A stretch of DNA of 56,710 nucleotides from the IMG/VR virus record IMGVR_UViG_3300009168_000049, positions 1 to 56,710 of that record; one strand, given 5' to 3'. Shown piece after piece: positions 8,775 through 18,599 of the stretch. Origin of the DNA: a virus (lineage: Duplodnaviria > Caudoviricetes). The notes beneath the pieces were generated by a model, which saw nothing but the letters and a program-made list of their open reading frames with translations, made no database searches and was not told the origin of the DNA. The position numbers and the translations under genes are program-made. The first letter of the stretch is position 1. The number at the start of each line of letters is the position of its first letter.

Positions 8775-10231
8775 TGCTCGCCAAGACACCAGCATACCAA
8801 CCCAAGCTGCCGCGCTGGAAACACCAGAACCAGGCGATCGCTGCGCTTAATGATCGCAAGGCGTTCGCCTTGTTCATGGAAATGCGCACCGGCAAGACCA
8901 AGACCGTGCTCGACGAGTTCGGCCAGGACGAGCTCGACGGCACGATCCATCAGATGCTGGTGGTCGCACCGGCCGGCGTCTATCGCACCTGGGAAGCCGA
9001 CGCCAAGAAGCACCTGTCCGACGAGCTGGTGGCTGACGTGCGCTTTGCCTTGTGGGAATCCGGACCGAACGCCGCGCAGCAGCGCGCGATGCGCGCGTTC
9101 ATGGCTTACCACGGACCGCGCATTCTGCTGGTCAATGTCGAGGCGCTCTCGACCGTAAAAGCCGCGCGTGAGCTGTGCCTGGAGTACATGCAGCAGGGAC
9201 TGACCACGATGGTGATCGATGAGAGCACCACCATTAAGAACCCGACTGCTTCGCGTACGCGCTTCTGTATTCAAGCGGCCAAGTACGCAGCCAAGCGGCG
9301 CATTCTTTCCGGGTTGCCGTCACCGCAGTCACCGCTTGATGTCTACGCCCAGTTCAATTTTCTCGGTGATCATCCGTTCGGTTTCCGCAGCTTCGATGAA
9401 TTCAAGCGACGCTACGCTGTCATCCAGCGCAAGCCGTTTGGGCCCGGCGGCCGCATGGTTGATGTTATCGTCGGTTACCAGAACCTCGACGAGCTCAAGG
9501 AGAAGATGCGCCCGCACATGTTCCGGGTGCGGCTGGCGGATTGCTACGACTTGCCGGAGAAGATGTTCATCACCCGCGACGTCGAGATGACCGAGGCACA
9601 GGAGGTCGCTTACTCCGACATGCTCGACTATGCGGTGGCCGAGCTGGAGAACGCCGAGCGCGTGACAGCGACGATCGTGTTGACCCAGATGCTGCGGCTG
9701 CACCAGATCCTGTGCGGCGTGACGATGAGTGATGACGGCGTCGAGAGCGACATCCCCGAGAACCGCACCGACGAGATGATGAGCATCCTCGAGAACACGG
9801 AAGGGAAAGCGATCATCTGGGCCGCCTATGATGCCAACGTCCGGCGCATCACCACCGCCATCGAGAAGGTCTACGGCACAGGATCAACCGCGCGCTTCTG
9901 GGGCGGCAATCCCAAAAGCCGCGAAGCTGAGGAGCGTGCATTCAAGACTAATCCGAAATGCCGGTTCATGGTTGCTACGGCGGCCGCCGGCGGTCGCGGC
10001 CGTACTTGGGATGTGGCGGATACCGTCATCTACTACTCCAACACATTTTCGTTGGAGCACCGCATGCAAAGTGAAGAGCGTGCGCAAGCGGTCGGCAAGG
10101 GCGGCAGTGTCGGCTACTACGATCTGCGCTGCTACGGCACGATCGAGGACAAGATCATCGACGCGTTGCGCACCAAGATGAATCTAAGTGACGCCATCAC
10201 CGGCGATAACTGGCGCCAGTGGATCGTGTGA
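8771..10231 (+). CDS. SNF2-family SF2 helicase
   Basis: EMRTGKT (Walker A), IDEST (Walker B), LSGLP, GRGRT, QSEERA (motif VI). Confidence 0.93.
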   Translation: MMLAKTPAYQPKLPRWKHQNQAIAALNDRKAFALFMEMRTGKTKTVLDEFGQDELDGTIHQMLVVAPAGVYRTWEADAKKHLSDELVADVRFALWESGPNAAQQRAMRAFMAYHGPRILLVNVEALSTVKAARELCLEYMQQGLTTMVIDESTTIKNPTASRTRFCIQAAKYAAKRRILSGLPSPQSPLDVYAQFNFLGDHPFGFRSFDEFKRRYAVIQRKPFGPGGRMVDVIVGYQNLDELKEKMRPHMFRVRLADCYDLPEKMFITRDVEMTEAQEVAYSDMLDYAVAELENAERVTATIVLTQMLRLHQILCGVTMSDDGVESDIPENRTDEMMSILENTEGKAIIWAAYDANVRRITTAIEKVYGTGSTARFWGGNPKSREAEERAFKTNPKCRFMVATAAAGGRGRTWDVADTVIYYSNTFSLEHRMQSEERAQAVGKGGSVGYYDLRCYGTIEDKIIDALRTKMNLSDAITGDNWRQWIV

Positions 10232-10527
10232 TGCCGCGCAAATGGAAAACAGTTCGTGTCGTCGTCGAGGTTTCGGTTTTGGGTGATTACTCGGAGAATG
10301 ATCTGGTTTGGGACGTACGCCATGCCTTTGCCAACTCAACCGAGTCGCTCGACCGTAAGGTGATCCGAGAGGGCGTGCAGACCGGACTGATTCAGGTCAA
10401 GCAGATGAACAAGGTGCTAGCCGCCGCGATCCGTCAACAGGTCGATAAGCGCACAACCAGCATTGAATCGGAGCTGAATAAAGTCGCGGCGGTTAAAACG
10501 GCGTTGGCCAAGAACGGATTGCTGTGA
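10231..10527 (+). CDS. Hypothetical protein
   Basis: TGATG coupling. Confidence 0.6.
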   Translation: MPRKWKTVRVVVEVSVLGDYSENDLVWDVRHAFANSTESLDRKVIREGVQTGLIQVKQMNKVLAAAIRQQVDKRTTSIESELNKVAAVKTALAKNGLL

Positions 10528-10694
10528 TGAAGGTCTACGTGGTGATGGGCAACGATTATCCCGACTCGGTCTTCTCGACCGAGAAGAAGGCCGAGGCTTA
10601 TTGCGACAAGCGCCGCGCTGAGAAGTCCGGTGTGCATCAGCCGCGCGTCTACTGGCGCGCTTATGAATTCATTGTCGATGAGAAGAAGCCATGA
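10527..10694 (+). CDS. Small phage protein (55 aa, MKVYVV...VFSTEKKAEAY type)
   Basis: Coupled at both ends; absent from ORF track. Confidence 0.6.
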   Translation: MKVYVVMGNDYPDSVFSTEKKAEAYCDKRRAEKSGVHQPRVYWRAYEFIVDEKKP

Positions 10695-11041
10695 AGACCT
10701 ACCAGCATCTCGTGATGGACTGGATCATGGCGTGCTTCTCGAATGAGATCGTGCGCAACCGGCAGGAACGCAATCATCGCTTCCTCGAAGAGTCGCTGGA
10801 ACTGGTGCAGTCACTCGACTGTACCCGTGAGGCGGCACACCGGCTGGTCGATTACGTGTTCGACCGACCGCAGGGCCAACCGGCACAGGAGCTGGGCGGC
10901 GTGATGGTGACGATTGCGGCGCTGAGCAGCGTGCACGGGTTCGACATGTGGCAAGCCGGCGACGCTGAACTGGCCCGTGCCTGGGAGAACATCGACAAGA
11001 TCCGCGCCAAGCAACAAATCAAACCGCAGCTTTACGAGTGA
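10691..11041 (+). CDS. MazG-like all-alpha nucleotide pyrophosphohydrolase-fold protein
   Basis: RFLEESLELVQ...QELGGVMVT motifs. Confidence 0.5.
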   Translation: MKTYQHLVMDWIMACFSNEIVRNRQERNHRFLEESLELVQSLDCTREAAHRLVDYVFDRPQGQPAQELGGVMVTIAALSSVHGFDMWQAGDAELARAWENIDKIRAKQQIKPQLYE

Positions 11042-11042
11042 G

Positions 11043-11372
11043 ATGATGCGTCTGGTGATTCTGGAATCGCCCTACAACGGCGACGTCGAACGCAACAAAC
11101 AATACGCCCGTGCGGCGCTGCGCGATTCGCTCAAGCGTGGTGAGGCGCCTCTCGCCTCGCATCTGCTCTACACCCAGCCGGGTGTGTTGCGGGATGACGA
11201 TGTGGTCGAGCGTGCCATGGGCATCGCAGCGGGGTTGGCGTGGGGCCGGCATGCCGAGGCTACCGTGGTCTACCAAGATCTCGGCATCAGTCCGGGTATG
11301 TGGCAGGGGATCGAACGTGCTGAACGCGAGGGACGTCCGGTCGAACGACGGAATTTACAGGAGCCAACATGA
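11043..11372 (+). CDS. Nucleoside deoxyribosyltransferase-like phage protein
   Basis: VILESPY...GEAPLASHLLYTQ...GISPGM motif set. Confidence 0.6.
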   Translation: MMRLVILESPYNGDVERNKQYARAALRDSLKRGEAPLASHLLYTQPGVLRDDDVVERAMGIAAGLAWGRHAEATVVYQDLGISPGMWQGIERAEREGRPVERRNLQEPT

Positions 11373-11650
11373 GAACATTTGCACCGATCAGCAAGCTCGA
11401 TACGGCCTGCGCCGTCGTCGCGTTTCTGAACACCCACAAACTGACGATGACCTATGAGGAGTTCGCGAAGATCGTTCAGCATCCACAGTGGCTGGTCGGC
11501 GACCTGCTCGATGACGTGAACACCCGGCACAAGATGAGCGGCGGCAAGGACATGATTACGGCCTGTATCGTGACCAAGCGTGGCCGCCCTGGCGATGGCT
11601 ACCACGCTTGTGCCCGTTCTCTCGGACTCGAATCGGAATTGACCCAGTGA
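11369..11650 (+). CDS. Small DNA-binding protein (ATL/Ogt-like HTH)
   Basis: MTYEEFA...LVGDLL...CIVTKRGRPGDGY. Confidence 0.45.
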   Translation: MRTFAPISKLDTACAVVAFLNTHKLTMTYEEFAKIVQHPQWLVGDLLDDVNTRHKMSGGKDMITACIVTKRGRPGDGYHACARSLGLESELTQ

Positions 11651-11970
11651 GGGTGGCTTTGCGCGATCTGCTGCCAGAGCGCCGGCGCAGTGTCACGTTC
11701 AACATGACCTTCGGCGGTCAGAATACGCAGTTCGCCATCACCGTCGGCTTTTATGCCGATGACCGGGTCGGCGAGATCTTTATCGACGGAGCCAAGGTTG
11801 GTTCCGAGATGAGCAGCATCACCCACGACAGCGCCGTGCTGACGTCGATGGCGCTGCAATACGGCGTGCCGCTGAACACGATGCGGCACGCCTTGAGTCG
11901 CAATCCGAATGGCGAACCGCTCACCGTGCTCGGTGCGGTGCTCGATAGGATTGCGAAAGAGTATCTATAA
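11647..11970 (+). CDS. Stand-alone class II ribonucleotide reductase C-terminal (TSCPD-like) domain
   Basis: LPERRRSVTF...TVGFYADDRVGEIFI...TSMALQYGVPL. Confidence 0.7.
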   Translation: MRVALRDLLPERRRSVTFNMTFGGQNTQFAITVGFYADDRVGEIFIDGAKVGSEMSSITHDSAVLTSMALQYGVPLNTMRHALSRNPNGEPLTVLGAVLDRIAKEYL

Positions 11971-11983
11971 AAAGGAGTCAACA

Positions 11984-12343
11984 ATGACTGAGGCAGACCA
12001 CACGCGCTTAAGTGCGCTCACTACTGACGCGCTGCGCGCCGCAGGTGACAAGACCGTCGACGACGTGCGCAACATGTTGAAGACCGCCGACGAGATGCAT
12101 GCAAAATTGCATGCCGACGGCGAAGCGTTCATTGCCGCCATCGGCAAGCAGGTGCTCGGCATCACCGACTCGGTGTCCGCCTATGTGGCGTTCTGCCAGC
12201 AGACGGTGAAGATGTTCAACGCTGCCGGCGATGCAGCGCGCAAGCTCAACGGTACAGTCGAGCCGATTGCCAAGCGCAATTGGGAAGACGAACTAAACAA
12301 AATCCAAGCCAGCGTACCTTCCAACACCGATGGGAGGCGCTGA
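11984..12343 (+). CDS. Hypothetical helical protein
   Basis: AAGGAG RBS. Confidence 0.65.
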   Translation: MTEADHTRLSALTTDALRAAGDKTVDDVRNMLKTADEMHAKLHADGEAFIAAIGKQVLGITDSVSAYVAFCQQTVKMFNAAGDAARKLNGTVEPIAKRNWEDELNKIQASVPSNTDGRR

Positions 12344-12702
12344 TGTTTCGCATCGTCTTCCAATGCGATGATCGCAAGCTGGCCGACGCACTGCGCGGCC
12401 TCACCGGCATTGCCATCGGTTCGCCCGAGGTGCTGCCGGTGATCAACGGCGCGCTGAAGAACGGCAAGGTCGTGGCTAAGAACGATGGCAAGATCGAAGA
12501 CCTGTTCCTCGACTACGCCAAAAAGCTGCACCTGACCACGTTCAGCCACGAGACGCTGCGTGATTTCTGCCGGCATCTCGGCCGGCCGGAGACGACGGCG
12601 CACTACTACGCCAAGCAGCTGGTCACCAAAGGTGTGCTGAAGAAGAGCAACGGCGGCAAGGGCAAGGGCGTCAAGGTCAGCTACGCCGTGGTGAAATCAT
12701 GA
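12343..12702 (+). CDS. Putative winged-helix DNA-binding protein
   Basis: Basic; helix-turn-helix followed by LVTKGVLKK wing. Confidence 0.5.
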   Translation: MFRIVFQCDDRKLADALRGLTGIAIGSPEVLPVINGALKNGKVVAKNDGKIEDLFLDYAKKLHLTTFSHETLRDFCRHLGRPETTAHYYAKQLVTKGVLKKSNGGKGKGVKVSYAVVKS

Positions 12703-12962
12703 AGACGTACGGCAGTTACGTCTTCCGCACCAAGGATCCTGCGATAGACGAATTCCGAACGGTGGTCGAGGACCACTTCGGTCACCGCGTCACGTCCAAG
12801 GATCTCAAGCAGATCGCCGAGGAAGGTGGTCCGACGACGCCGGCGATGCGCGGCTGGTTCTTCGGTAAGACGCGGCGACCGCAGAGCGCCAGCATGGAAG
12901 CCGCCGGGCGCGCCATTGGTTACAAGCGCCAGTGGGTGAAGATGAATGGGAGCGGCAAATGA
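12699..12962 (+). CDS. Putative Cro/XRE-like HTH protein
   Basis: LKQIAEEGG...MRGWFFGKTRRPQ...AAGRAIG pattern. Confidence 0.55.
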   Translation: MKTYGSYVFRTKDPAIDEFRTVVEDHFGHRVTSKDLKQIAEEGGPTTPAMRGWFFGKTRRPQSASMEAAGRAIGYKRQWVKMNGSGK

Positions 12963-13787
12963 AGTCGTTCTACATTCTACGCAACGGCCGGGTGGTTTAC
13001 AGCCCCGGTCATTATGACGAAGACGATGCGCTGCGCATCGCTACCAAAGCCGCGCACGAGAATCCGCGCGCCACCTTCAAGGTGGTGCAGGTACTGCACA
13101 CGGTCAGCTTTGCGCGCAACAGGGGCGAAAAATGAGTCATCCGACTTGGCGGCTGCTGCATCCGGCTATGACAGCGGAACACATCGGTCCGTATCTTCCG
13201 TACTTCCTCGTCGTCGAGGATGAGCGCAAAGCCGCCGAACAGTTCAACGAGCGTTACATCCACGGAGGTTGGAGGGCATTCGGGCAAGACAAATTTCAAT
13301 TGTCTGACAATAACACGTTAAAATATCCGGGTGACCCACCGCTCAAGCCGCTAGCGATGACGACACTGCGCGACGAAACAATTCTGCTGTACCAGAGCGA
13401 CATATTCGTTGTTGTGCAGCCGGATCGTTCGTTTGAAGTGGCTCGAATGGATTAATATGAGCGACCGTGCCTGGGCTATTGTGATCCTGATCACGTGGCT
13501 CGCGGTCGCGATGGAATTGCTGCTGCGTCGCTGGGAGCGGCGCAGGATACGCCGCAAGTTGCTCAAGACCCTGAACCGTTACGGTAGCTACCATTTTGCT
13601 AAGCCACAACAGGAGGAAGGTGATGCACGCACACGCGCTGAAGATCGCGGCCGATCAGGCCGCTGAACAACTCAAGACCGGCAACGAGGAAACTCAGTTG
13701 GCGGCAGTCCTCGCTGGTGTTGTGGCACTGCTGCGCCACGCCGCCGATCGAGAAGAGATTTCCGAGATCGAAGACGAGGAAGACTGA
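12959..13787 (+). other. Four small genes (12959-13135, 13132-13455, 13457-13666 with one TM helix, 13623-13787)
   Basis: RBSs and translational coupling; 13132-13455 carries LKYPGDPP...FEVARMD. Confidence 0.55.
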
Positions 13788-13790
13788 ACG

Positions 13791-13820
13791 AAAAAGCCGG
13801 GCCTCTGGGAGAGGCCCGGC
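13791..13820 (-). terminator. Intrinsic terminator oriented for minus-strand transcripts
   Basis: AAAAA then stem GCCGGGCCTCT-GGG-AGAGGCCCGGC. Confidence 0.65.
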
Positions 13821-13873
13821 CAGTCGATAGCAGGCAGACTGAAGACAGTAGTCATCAACCAAGGAAGCATACC

Positions 13874-14059
13874 ATGCGATTCGTCAGCGCCGCTATGCTT
13901 GTGATGGTCGTCATCGCAAGCGCCCAGGCCGGCACCTCATGCACCACCCGCAAGTCGGGCAGTGTCACCATCACCTCGTGCTCGGACAGCGGCACCAAGA
14001 CCTCGACCACCTGCCGCTCGTACCGGTCGGGCAGCGTCACCAAGACCAGCTGCACGTGA
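13874..14059 (+). CDS. Small secreted Cys/Ser/Thr-rich peptide with internal duplication
   Basis: AAGGA RBS; signal peptide ending AQA; two CxxxxSGSVTxTSC repeats. Confidence 0.7.
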   Translation: MRFVSAAMLVMVVIASAQAGTSCTTRKSGSVTITSCSDSGTKTSTTCRSYRSGSVTKTSCT

Positions 14060-15204
14060 TGGTCGTCGATCTGAACAAGATGATGCTGGCGATGGACGAA
14101 GCCGAGATGCGCGCACGTTGCGCCATCTGCGGCAAGCCCAAGCGCAAGAGCTGCGATGACGAGGGCTGGCTCGAAGCCATCGGCCCAAAGCCGGACGGCT
14201 CCTACATCACATCGCGTCCGTGTCCGAACCGGGGAGCGTGATGCCAACCTTCAAATCCCGGCGCAGCGGCGTCGATCTGCGCGATGTGGTGGAGAAAACG
14301 ATGGCTAATCTCAGTCCGGTTCAACACGCCGGCCTGCGGCTCGACAGCCGTTTCAAGTTCGGCGACCGCGTCATCGTCGATGACGATCACTCCCTGGTCG
14401 CCGTGGTCACTGCGATCTTGTGGAAGACCACATCCTGTTCGGTCGAAGTTGCCTGGGTGCACAGCGGCGACCTAAAGAGTGCCTACATCGACGAGTGGCG
14501 GCTCAACCCGGCAGAGAGTCAGTAATGTATGCCCGCCACACCACCGTGCCGGTTGAGCAGACCAGAACCGAGATCGAGCGCACGCTCAAGCGTTACGGCG
14601 CGAGCAGCTTTGCCTATTACGCCGAACCACGGCGTGCCTCGGTGATGTTCGAAGCCAGCCACCGGCGTATTCGCTTCGATCTGCCGTTGCCGCCCGGTGA
14701 GGATGCCAAGGAAGCCAAGCTGCGCCGCTCCAAGTGGCGCGCGCTGCTGCTCTGCATCAAGGCCAAGCTGGAGAGCGTCGAGAGCGAGATCGAGACCTTC
14801 GAGGAGGCGTTCATGGCGCACGTGATCATGCCGGACGGCCGCACCGTGGGCGAGCACGCGATCCCGCGCATCGCTGCCGCCTACGAGAACCACGAAGTCG
14901 GACCACTCTTACCGGGACCAAGATAATGTCACAGGCGATCTGGAAATTCACATTGGAAGTGGCTGACACACGCGAGATCGAGATGCCGCTCGGCTCGATC
15001 ATCCTGAGTACTGCACTCCAGCACGGTCGCATTCAGTTGTGGGCCATGGTCGACACCCAGACCCCCCACAAAGAGAACCGTCAAATCGCAATTGTCGGCA
15101 CTGGCCATGAGATGAGTTCGTTCACGGCGAGCGGTAAGTTCATCGGAACGGTGATCTCAGGAAACTTTGTTTGGCACGTCTTCGATATTTCGAGGCGGAC
15201 GTGA
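14056..15204 (+). other. Four coupled small genes (14056-14241, 14241-14525, 14525-14926, 14926-15204)
   Basis: TGATG/TAATG coupling; motifs YARHTTVPVEQTRTEIE and IWKFTL...IVGTGH...VWHVF typical of phage accessory proteins. Confidence 0.65.
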
Positions 15205-15346
15205 CCATTTCCCTCGACGTGCTGATCGTGGCGTTGGTCGGCTACGCGATCTGGCGGCTGACGCGCTCACCGCGCAGAGGGCATGGACGCAATCTCGGTC
15301 CCTCGCAGATCACCAAGCGGCCGCCGCCACCGGGACGGAGTCGGTG

Positions 15347-15532
15347 ATGGGTCACCGCACGCAAACCCACTGCTTCAGCGGACACGAATTCACGCCGGAG
15401 AACACGTACTTCTCCCGGCGCAAGCGCGGCACCTACCGCCGCTGCCGAGCCTGCACGCTGGAAGAGAACAAGCTCTGGGATGTCTACAAGCGCGGCCCGC
15501 AGCATGCACCGAAGAAAAAGAAGCGACGCTGA
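15347..15532 (+). CDS. Stand-alone HNH-associated Zn-finger peptide, copy 1
   Basis: THCxxGHEFTPENT...RRCRAC, basic tail PKKKKRR. Confidence 0.7.
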   Translation: MGHRTQTHCFSGHEFTPENTYFSRRKRGTYRRCRACTLEENKLWDVYKRGPQHAPKKKKRR

Positions 15533-15538
15533 CCCGAC

Positions 15539-17264
15539 ATGAAGGCCGATCCGATGGACGAAGCTGTGCGCGAGTGGTTCGGGAAGCACGATGCCTACCA
15601 CAAGGCATCCGCCGCATATAACGCGCGCCTTGTCCTTGTGAGAGCCGAACGTGAGCGCGGCAACTGGACCATGCCGATGGATGCGGAATACCGAGCACTC
15701 AACGATGCACAGTCTGCCGCCATCGCCGCCGCTGAAACTCTCTACCAATCGCTGAAAGCGCCGCTAACCGGCCAAAAAGAAGATGAGACATGAGCAGACC
15801 AGCACTGATCACCTGCGCGGCCTGCGGCGAACCGATCACCGATAATCAGAATTATAGGTACAAGGGGCTGTACTATCACATGGATCATCTGCCGACCTAT
15901 CCGCCGGGGCCGGAGCAGGTGCTGCGCGCACTGCGGCTGATCGAGTCGCGTGCCAAGGGCAATGCGCGCGAGGAGATTACGCTCGGCGATATCGAGTGGG
16001 CGATTCAGGAGATGCAAAAACCATGACCCTGTGTATCGCTATCGCTGTTCTGCTCACCGGCGTCCTGGCGTTCGGGATCTATGCGCGCTGGACTTGGAAC
16101 AGCGCACTGCGCGAAGCCGAGCCTTGGCTCGACAAGAAAAATCACGGTGAACCCTAGATGCAAACGCCACAGCAGCTGCGTCAAGCGATCTGGCTCAATT
16201 ATATCGCGCAGGCGACGGCCGCCCTCGCCGGTGCGGTCTGTCTCTATTCAGCCATCGACAACTGGCTGATCGGCCGCCCGTTCTGGAGTGCGGTGATGAC
16301 GGCGCTGGCGTTCTGGAACGGCCACAACTTTGTCCAGCACCGGCTGAGGCAGCACCGTGGCTACTAAACGCGCGCATCATTTCGGTACCGCCTTTTGTGA
16401 AGACCCGATCTGTGGCCTGCACATTACCGGCTACGACAAAGACGGCCGCGTGATGTGCGAGATCGTCATGACGCGTGAGGTCACGCTGGAGCTGATGCAA
16501 ATTTGTAAGGACGTGCTCTATGATAAGGCGACGCGACATGACGCCTGACGAATACGTTCCCGCCGACGACGTCGCGATGACGTTCTGGATGATCAGCCGG
16601 AGTCCAAACGGCTATCTGCTGCACATCAACAGCGCGCTGACCACCGGGCTGACCCGCAACGAGTCGGAGGCGTGGCACGCGCCAGACCCTGACCTGCTGC
16701 GCGACATGCTGCCATCGGGACTGCGCAACATCGGCCGTAACCAGCGTGACGAACCGAACCTTCTGGAGATCTGGGTATGAATACAGCGGAGACCGATGTT
16801 GTGCTGGATTGGCTGCGCAAGGCCGCAACGTCCATCTACATCGCGGTCGATAAATCCGCCGCCGACGATATCTCCGGCGGCCTGATCAAGGCTGCTAACA
16901 CAATCAAAAACCTGCGCGAGCAGCTGGCCACCTGTCGCGAACTGCGTAGCTACGACGCTGCCGAGCTGGCGCGGCTGAGGAGGCGACCAGAATGAAAACC
17001 AAGAAGATGGCGATTCGGCTGGCGCTGCGCCACGAGGGTCACTTCTGGAACGCCTACATGGCGCAGCGTGATACCATGGACAATGCCAAGCTGATCGGCT
17101 CGGTGGTCATCGGCGCGGTCAATCGCGATCCCGTGCTGAAACAAGACTTCATGGATCTGATGAAGCGGGTGATGGCGCAAGCCATCGTCGAGGTGACCGG
17201 CCAGGAGCCGGACACTTGGGAAACCGGCCAGGCGCCAGAGATCGAACAGCCGGGGCATTCTTAA
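15539..17264 (+). other. Cluster of small hypothetical genes (15539-15793, 15790-16026, 16158-16367, 16357-16548, 16538-16780, 16777-16995, 16992-17264)
   Basis: Dense, mostly coupled ORFs with GC3-rich codons. Confidence 0.55.
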
Positions 17265-17284
17265 AATCCAACAGGAGACGTACC

Positions 17285-17899
17285 ATGCAACACGATTTCA
17301 TTCTGCTCGACCGCTCCGGCTCGATGCAAGACAAGTGGGACGAGTCGCTCTCGTCGATCAACGCCTACGTCAAGAAACTGGCCGACGACAATGTCGATAC
17401 CGGCGTGACCTTGGCGACGTTCGATTATCACGATGGCTTCAAGTTCGATGTGATCCGCGACCGGATCATTCCGAAGACCTGGCACACGGTGACCGACAAA
17501 GACGCCACGCCGCGCGGCATGACGCCGTTGAATGACGCCACCGGGCGCATCGTATCGCTGGCCGAGGCCGGCAACTACGACAAGGTCGCGATCATCATCA
17601 TGACCGACGGGCTGGAAAATCACAGCCGTGAAATGACCGTCGATCAGGCCAAAGCAGCACTCGACCGCTGCCGCGCCAAGAATTGGCAGGTGATCTTCCT
17701 CGGCGCCAACTTCGACAACGCCCAGCAGGCCGCCAGTTATGGCAACGCTGCGCACGCCACGGTGCAGGTGGCCAAGGCCAACCTCGCCGGCACGATGCAT
17801 CAAGCTGCGAATATGCGCGCGGCTTATGCTTCGGTCGGAGCGCCGATGGCCTTCACCGACGAGGAGAAGAAGAAAGCCGCAGCCGATCCGTTGGTCTGA
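17285..17899 (+). CDS. von Willebrand factor A (MIDAS) domain protein
   Basis: LLDRSGSM, GMTPLNDA, IMTDGLEN; AGGAG RBS. Confidence 0.9.
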   Translation: MQHDFILLDRSGSMQDKWDESLSSINAYVKKLADDNVDTGVTLATFDYHDGFKFDVIRDRIIPKTWHTVTDKDATPRGMTPLNDATGRIVSLAEAGNYDKVAIIIMTDGLENHSREMTVDQAKAALDRCRAKNWQVIFLGANFDNAQQAASYGNAAHATVQVAKANLAGTMHQAANMRAAYASVGAPMAFTDEEKKKAAADPLV

Positions 17900-18081
17900 T
17901 GGGCCACCGTACTCAAACCCACTGTATACACGGCCACAAGTTCACGCGGGAAAACACCTACATCGAGCGCACGCGCAACAACCGCCGTCGTTGTCGTGCG
18001 TGCGCGCTGGCTGATAACAAATACTGGGATGTCTACAAGCGTGGATCGCAACATGCGCCGAAGAAAAAGAAGCGACGCTGA
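17899..18081 (+). CDS. Stand-alone HNH-associated Zn-finger peptide, copy 2
   Basis: THCxxGHKFTRENT...RRCRAC, tail PKKKKRR; paralogue of 15347-15532. Confidence 0.7.
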   Translation: MGHRTQTHCIHGHKFTRENTYIERTRNNRRRCRACALADNKYWDVYKRGSQHAPKKKKRR

Positions 18082-18087
18082 CCCGAT

Positions 18088-18486
18088 ATGAAGTACGAGC
18101 CGATGGACATCGCGAAACGACTGCGTGCGCGCGCTGACGAACAAGAGCGCAACAATAGTTACGAGTTTGACCGCGAGATGGACCGCGAGGCCGCAGACGA
18201 GATCGAGCGGCTTCAAAAGGGATGGCAGACGGCATTCAACGCCGCGATAGCGCATCAAGAAGAAGTCGAGCGACTCCGTGCTGAAAACGAGCGGCTGAAA
18301 GCGTTAACCGGCCGAAAGAACTGAGAGGTGGCGAATATGGATTACAAAAGCGCCTACGAAACGGCTGAGGCGGAGCTGGCCAAGACGAAGACCGAGAGTG
18401 AGCGCCTGGATGCCGTAATCAAAGAGATGGCGGCCGATCTTACCAAAGCGGTCGAGGAGTACAACGCGGCGGTCGTCAAGTCGTAG
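18088..18486 (+). other. Two small coiled-coil proteins (18088-18324, 18337-18486)
   Basis: EAADEIERL and ERLRAENERL heptads; RBSs. Confidence 0.55.
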
Positions 18487-18599
18487 GGACCGCTCGCAAG
18501 CAAGGGGTGGGGCGAACGGGGGGAAGAGGGTACCTGCGAGCGGCCCAACTGCCAAATGCCCGACCAACGAAATGGTTTCACACCAACAGGAGCGACACG

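Noticed and set aside
11647-11970. Functional ribonucleotide reductase
   Set aside because: Only the small C-terminal-like domain is present, with no catalytic barrel in the window
15500-15532. PKKKKRR as a eukaryotic nuclear localisation signal
   Set aside because: Resembles an NLS, but there is no export signal or delivery route; a basic nucleic-acid-binding tail is the simpler explanation
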